A stretch of DNA of 32,000 nucleotides from Raphidiopsis brookii D9 (lineage in GTDB: Bacteria > Cyanobacteriota > Cyanobacteriia > Cyanobacteriales > Nostocaceae): the NCBI GenBank assembly GCA_000175855.1, contig ACYB01000019.1, positions 30,001 to 62,000 on the forward strand, written 5' to 3'. Made by a program: the position numbers and the translations under genes. Below are positions 29,486 through 32,000 of the stretch, piece after piece; positions within the stretch are counted from its first letter, which is position 1, and every line of letters starts with the position of its first letter. Under the pieces are notes generated by a model. It saw only the letters and a list, made by a program, of their open reading frames with translations. It made no database searches and was not told the origin of the DNA.

Positions 29486-31615
29486 TTGTTAGGATTAACT
29501 GATGCGGGAGAAGGGGTTGCAGCCAAGGTATTAAAGAGCCTTGGGATTGAACTACAGACAGTCCGCAGTAGAGTGATGAGTATATTGGGTGAAGATAATA
29601 GAGTGGTTGCTGGTCGTCAAGACAACCCCAGGCGCAACCAGAATCTCAGTATAGAAGAATTTGGACGTAACCTCACCAAGTTGGCCCAACAGGGGAGGTT
29701 AGATCCGGTAGTGGGTCGACAAACGGAGATTGAACGCACCGTACAAATATTGGGTCGTCGTACCAAGAATAATCCTGTGTTAATTGGTGAACCTGGGGTG
29801 GGGAAAACCGCAATTGCTGAAGGTTTAGCCCAACGGATTGTGAACCAGGATGTTCCCGAAATATTGCTGAATAAACAGGTAATTAGTCTGGATATGGGCT
29901 TGCTGGTTGCGGGAACACGCTTCCGGGGAGATTTTGAAGAGCGTCTGAAAAAGGTGATGGAGGATATTCGCTCCGTCGGCAATATTATCTTGGTGATTGA
30001 TGAAATTCACACTATTGTAGGTGCTGGCGGTACGGAAGGAGGTTTGGATGCGGCCAACATACTCAAACCCGCCCTGGCCAGGGGTGAACTACAATGTATC
30101 GGTGCCACCACTTTGGATGAATATCGGAAGTATATTGAGCGGGATGCAGCTTTAGAAAGACGTTTTCAACCAATTTTGGTAGGGGAACCATCAGTGGCAG
30201 AAACCATAGAAATTCTTCGAGGTCTGCGCAGTGCTTATGAGCAACATCACAAGGTAAATATTTCCGATGATGCGGTTATTGCTGCAGCTGAGTTATCAGA
30301 TAGGTACATCAGCGATCGCTTTCTGCCTGATAAAGCCATAGACCTAATAGACGAAGCTGGTTCTCGGGTAAGGTTAAGGCACTCCCGAATCATTGATAAC
30401 AAAGAGCTGAAACAACAACTGAAAAATACCAGCCAGGAGAAAGCGGAAGCGGTAAGAGTTCAAGACTTTGGCAAAGCTAGTAAACTCCGTCAGGAAGAGC
30501 TAGATTTACAAACCCAACTAGCGATCGCGCAAAATTTGCCCAGGATTACCATTCCCCAGGTAGACGAAGAGGATATTGCCGAAATAGTGTCCTCCTGGAC
30601 GGGAGTACCTGTCAATAAACTGACTGAATCTGAATCTGAGTTGTTGTTGCATCTAGAAGATACACTGCATAAAAGACTAATTGGACAGGAACAAGCGGTT
30701 ACAGCAGTTTCCCGTTCTCTTCGTCGCGCCCGCGTGGGGTTAAAAAGTCCTAATCGTCCCATAGCTAGTTTTATCTTCAGTGGACCTACAGGGGTGGGGA
30801 AAACCGAACTAGCTAAGGCTTTAGCAGCCTACTTCTTCGGTGCGGAAGATTCCATGATTCGTTTAGATATGTCCGAATACATGGAAAGCCATAATGTTTC
30901 CAAATTGATTGGTTCGCCTCCAGGTTACGTAGGGTACGATGAGGGTGGACAACTGACGGAGGCGGTAAGGCGTAAACCCTACACATTGCTGCTGTTTGAC
31001 GAAATTGAGAAAGCACATCCCGATGTGTTTAATATGTTGCTGCAAATCCTAGATGACGGTCATCTTACGGATGCTAAAGGTAGGAAAGTGGACTTCAAGA
31101 ACACCCTAATTATCTTGACATCCAACATTGGGTCTAAGTTAATTGAAAAGGGTGGTATGAGTTTAGGTTTTGAATTTGATAATCAGGCCAACGCTAGTTA
31201 CAATCGCATTCGCAATCTGGTCAACGAAGAACTTAAGTCCTATTTCCGTCCTGAATTTCTCAATCGAGTAGATGAGATTATCGTCTTCAGTCAGTTGAAT
31301 AAAGACGAGGTCAAAGAAATTTCCCAGATCATGCTTGAGGAAGTTGCTAAGCGTCTTCAGGAGAAAGGGATTAAGTTAGAGGTGACAGAAGCATTTAAAG
31401 ACCTAGTAGTTACGGAAGGCTATGATCCTAGTTATGGTGCTAGACCATTACGTCGGGCCATAATGAGACTATTAGAGGATTCCTTAGCGGAGGCCATTTT
31501 GTCCGGTGAGATTGGAGAAGATGACCAGGCCATTGTAGATGTTGATGACGATGGTTTGGTGAAGGTGAAGAAAGCAGAAACGCGTGACTTGGTACTAGTT
31601 AGTGCTCCTGCTTAA
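29486..31615 (+). CDS. clpC: ClpC ATPase, main body (3' side of frameshift). Coding similarity in this frame begins at ~29369.
   Basis: Two AAA+ modules: '[18 protein letters not shown]', '[22 protein letters not shown]', '[49 protein letters not shown]'. Ends in a ClpC-like C-terminal region. Confidence 0.97.
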   Translation: MLGLTDAGEGVAAKVLKSLGIELQTVRSRVMSILGEDNRVVAGRQDNPRRNQNLSIEEFGRNLTKLAQQGRLDPVVGRQTEIERTVQILGRRTKNNPVLIGEPGVGKTAIAEGLAQRIVNQDVPEILLNKQVISLDMGLLVAGTRFRGDFEERLKKVMEDIRSVGNIILVIDEIHTIVGAGGTEGGLDAANILKPALARGELQCIGATTLDEYRKYIERDAALERRFQPILVGEPSVAETIEILRGLRSAYEQHHKVNISDDAVIAAAELSDRYISDRFLPDKAIDLIDEAGSRVRLRHSRIIDNKELKQQLKNTSQEKAEAVRVQDFGKASKLRQEELDLQTQLAIAQNLPRITIPQVDEEDIAEIVSSWTGVPVNKLTESESELLLHLEDTLHKRLIGQEQAVTAVSRSLRRARVGLKSPNRPIASFIFSGPTGVGKTELAKALAAYFFGAEDSMIRLDMSEYMESHNVSKLIGSPPGYVGYDEGGQLTEAVRRKPYTLLLFDEIEKAHPDVFNMLLQILDDGHLTDAKGRKVDFKNTLIILTSNIGSKLIEKGGMSLGFEFDNQANASYNRIRNLVNEELKSYFRPEFLNRVDEIIVFSQLNKDEVKEISQIMLEEVAKRLQEKGIKLEVTEAFKDLVVTEGYDPSYGARPLRRAIMRLLEDSLAEAILSGEIGEDDQAIVDVDDDGLVKVKKAETRDLVLVSAPA

Positions 31616-31643
31616 TATTGGTAATGGTTAGTCCTTATCTTTC

Positions 31644-31676
31644 ACAATTCCCATAGATTCTATCCATGGGAATTGT
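31644..31676. terminator. Perfect 11-bp inverted repeat between convergent genes; possible bidirectional terminator-like hairpin
   Basis: acaattcccat (31644-31654) / atgggaattgt (31666-31676), 11-nt loop, 28 bp after the clpC stop. No U-tract. Confidence 0.55.
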
Positions 31677-31695
31677 CACTGGTGGGATTAAGTAA

Positions 31696-32000
31696 CTATA
31701 GTGCAAAGTCCATGGTCTCAATAAACTCCAAAATATTCTGCTTCATGTCCTCAGCTTCATCTAGAATGGAACCTCGAAGGTCACCAGTAAAAAATGTTCG
31801 TTGACTGCTAACTATATACAAAAAATTTCCATTCGTGAAAGTCAATAATCCACGGTATGCATCTAGTCTTGTTGGGTTACCATTGTTTTTTCGTTGGGAA
31901 ATGCTTGAACCTTTAGGCATGTCCACTAGCACATAATAGTAACTACTTAAAGTATCTTGGAGTAAGCTATCCTGTAGGTACTCAGTGTACTTTATTTCTG
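31696..32000 (-). CDS. 3' part of an uncharacterised protein, possibly PsbP-like; the ORF is open to the window edge
   Basis: Reading the minus strand from the window end in the same frame gives 'EIKYTEYLQDSLLQDTLSSYYYVLVDMPKGSS...RLDAYRGLLTFTNGNFLYIVSSQRTFF...' with no stop. The provided start at 31932 is therefore internal. The PsbP-like call rests on weak resemblance only. Confidence 0.55.
   Translation of the reverse strand, partial: EIKYTEYLQDSLLQDTLSSYYYVLVDMPKGSSISQRKNNGNPTRLDAYRGLLTFTNGNFLYIVSSQRTFFTGDLRGSILDEAEDMKQNILEFIETMDFAL

Noticed and set aside
29617-29982. 121-aa antisense ORF opposite clpC, plus 30490-30762, 30813-31016 and 30863-31045
   Set aside because: Opposite-strand shadows of strongly conserved ClpC coding sequence.
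1-32000. CRISPR array, transposase, integrase or prophage genes
   Set aside because: No regularly spaced repeat units and no transposase, integrase or phage structural motifs were seen in any frame. The window looks like ordinary chromosomal backbone apart from the helicase block.

Overview
This is a cyanobacterial chromosome segment, probably from a heterocystous (Nostocales-like) genome. It holds a photoprotection locus (orange carotenoid protein plus fluorescence recovery protein) and housekeeping genes: uvrA, murA, gshA, trmL, a TrmH-type methylase, clpC, an MlaF/MlaD-type pair, GH57, tRNA-Met(CAT) and tRNA-Leu(CAG). I see no CRISPR array, transposase or prophage. The closest thing to an uncharacterised system is a minus-strand block at 11998-6883: an orphan ORF, a very large UPF1/DNA2-like SF1 helicase with about 770 aa between Walker A and Walker B, and an orphan partner, running directly into gshA-trmL. 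The most solid unusual observations are four reading-frame lesions that a single-base change would repair. They are clpC near 29363, the helicase plus its upstream ORF near 11309, the SLH protein signal peptide near 13768, and a Tab2-like fragment near 1768. The Tab2-like gene is also missing its N-terminal half beside a tRNA gene. These lesions are either sequencing or assembly indels, real pseudogenisation, or recoding. All family assignments come from recognising motifs by eye. No database search was run.
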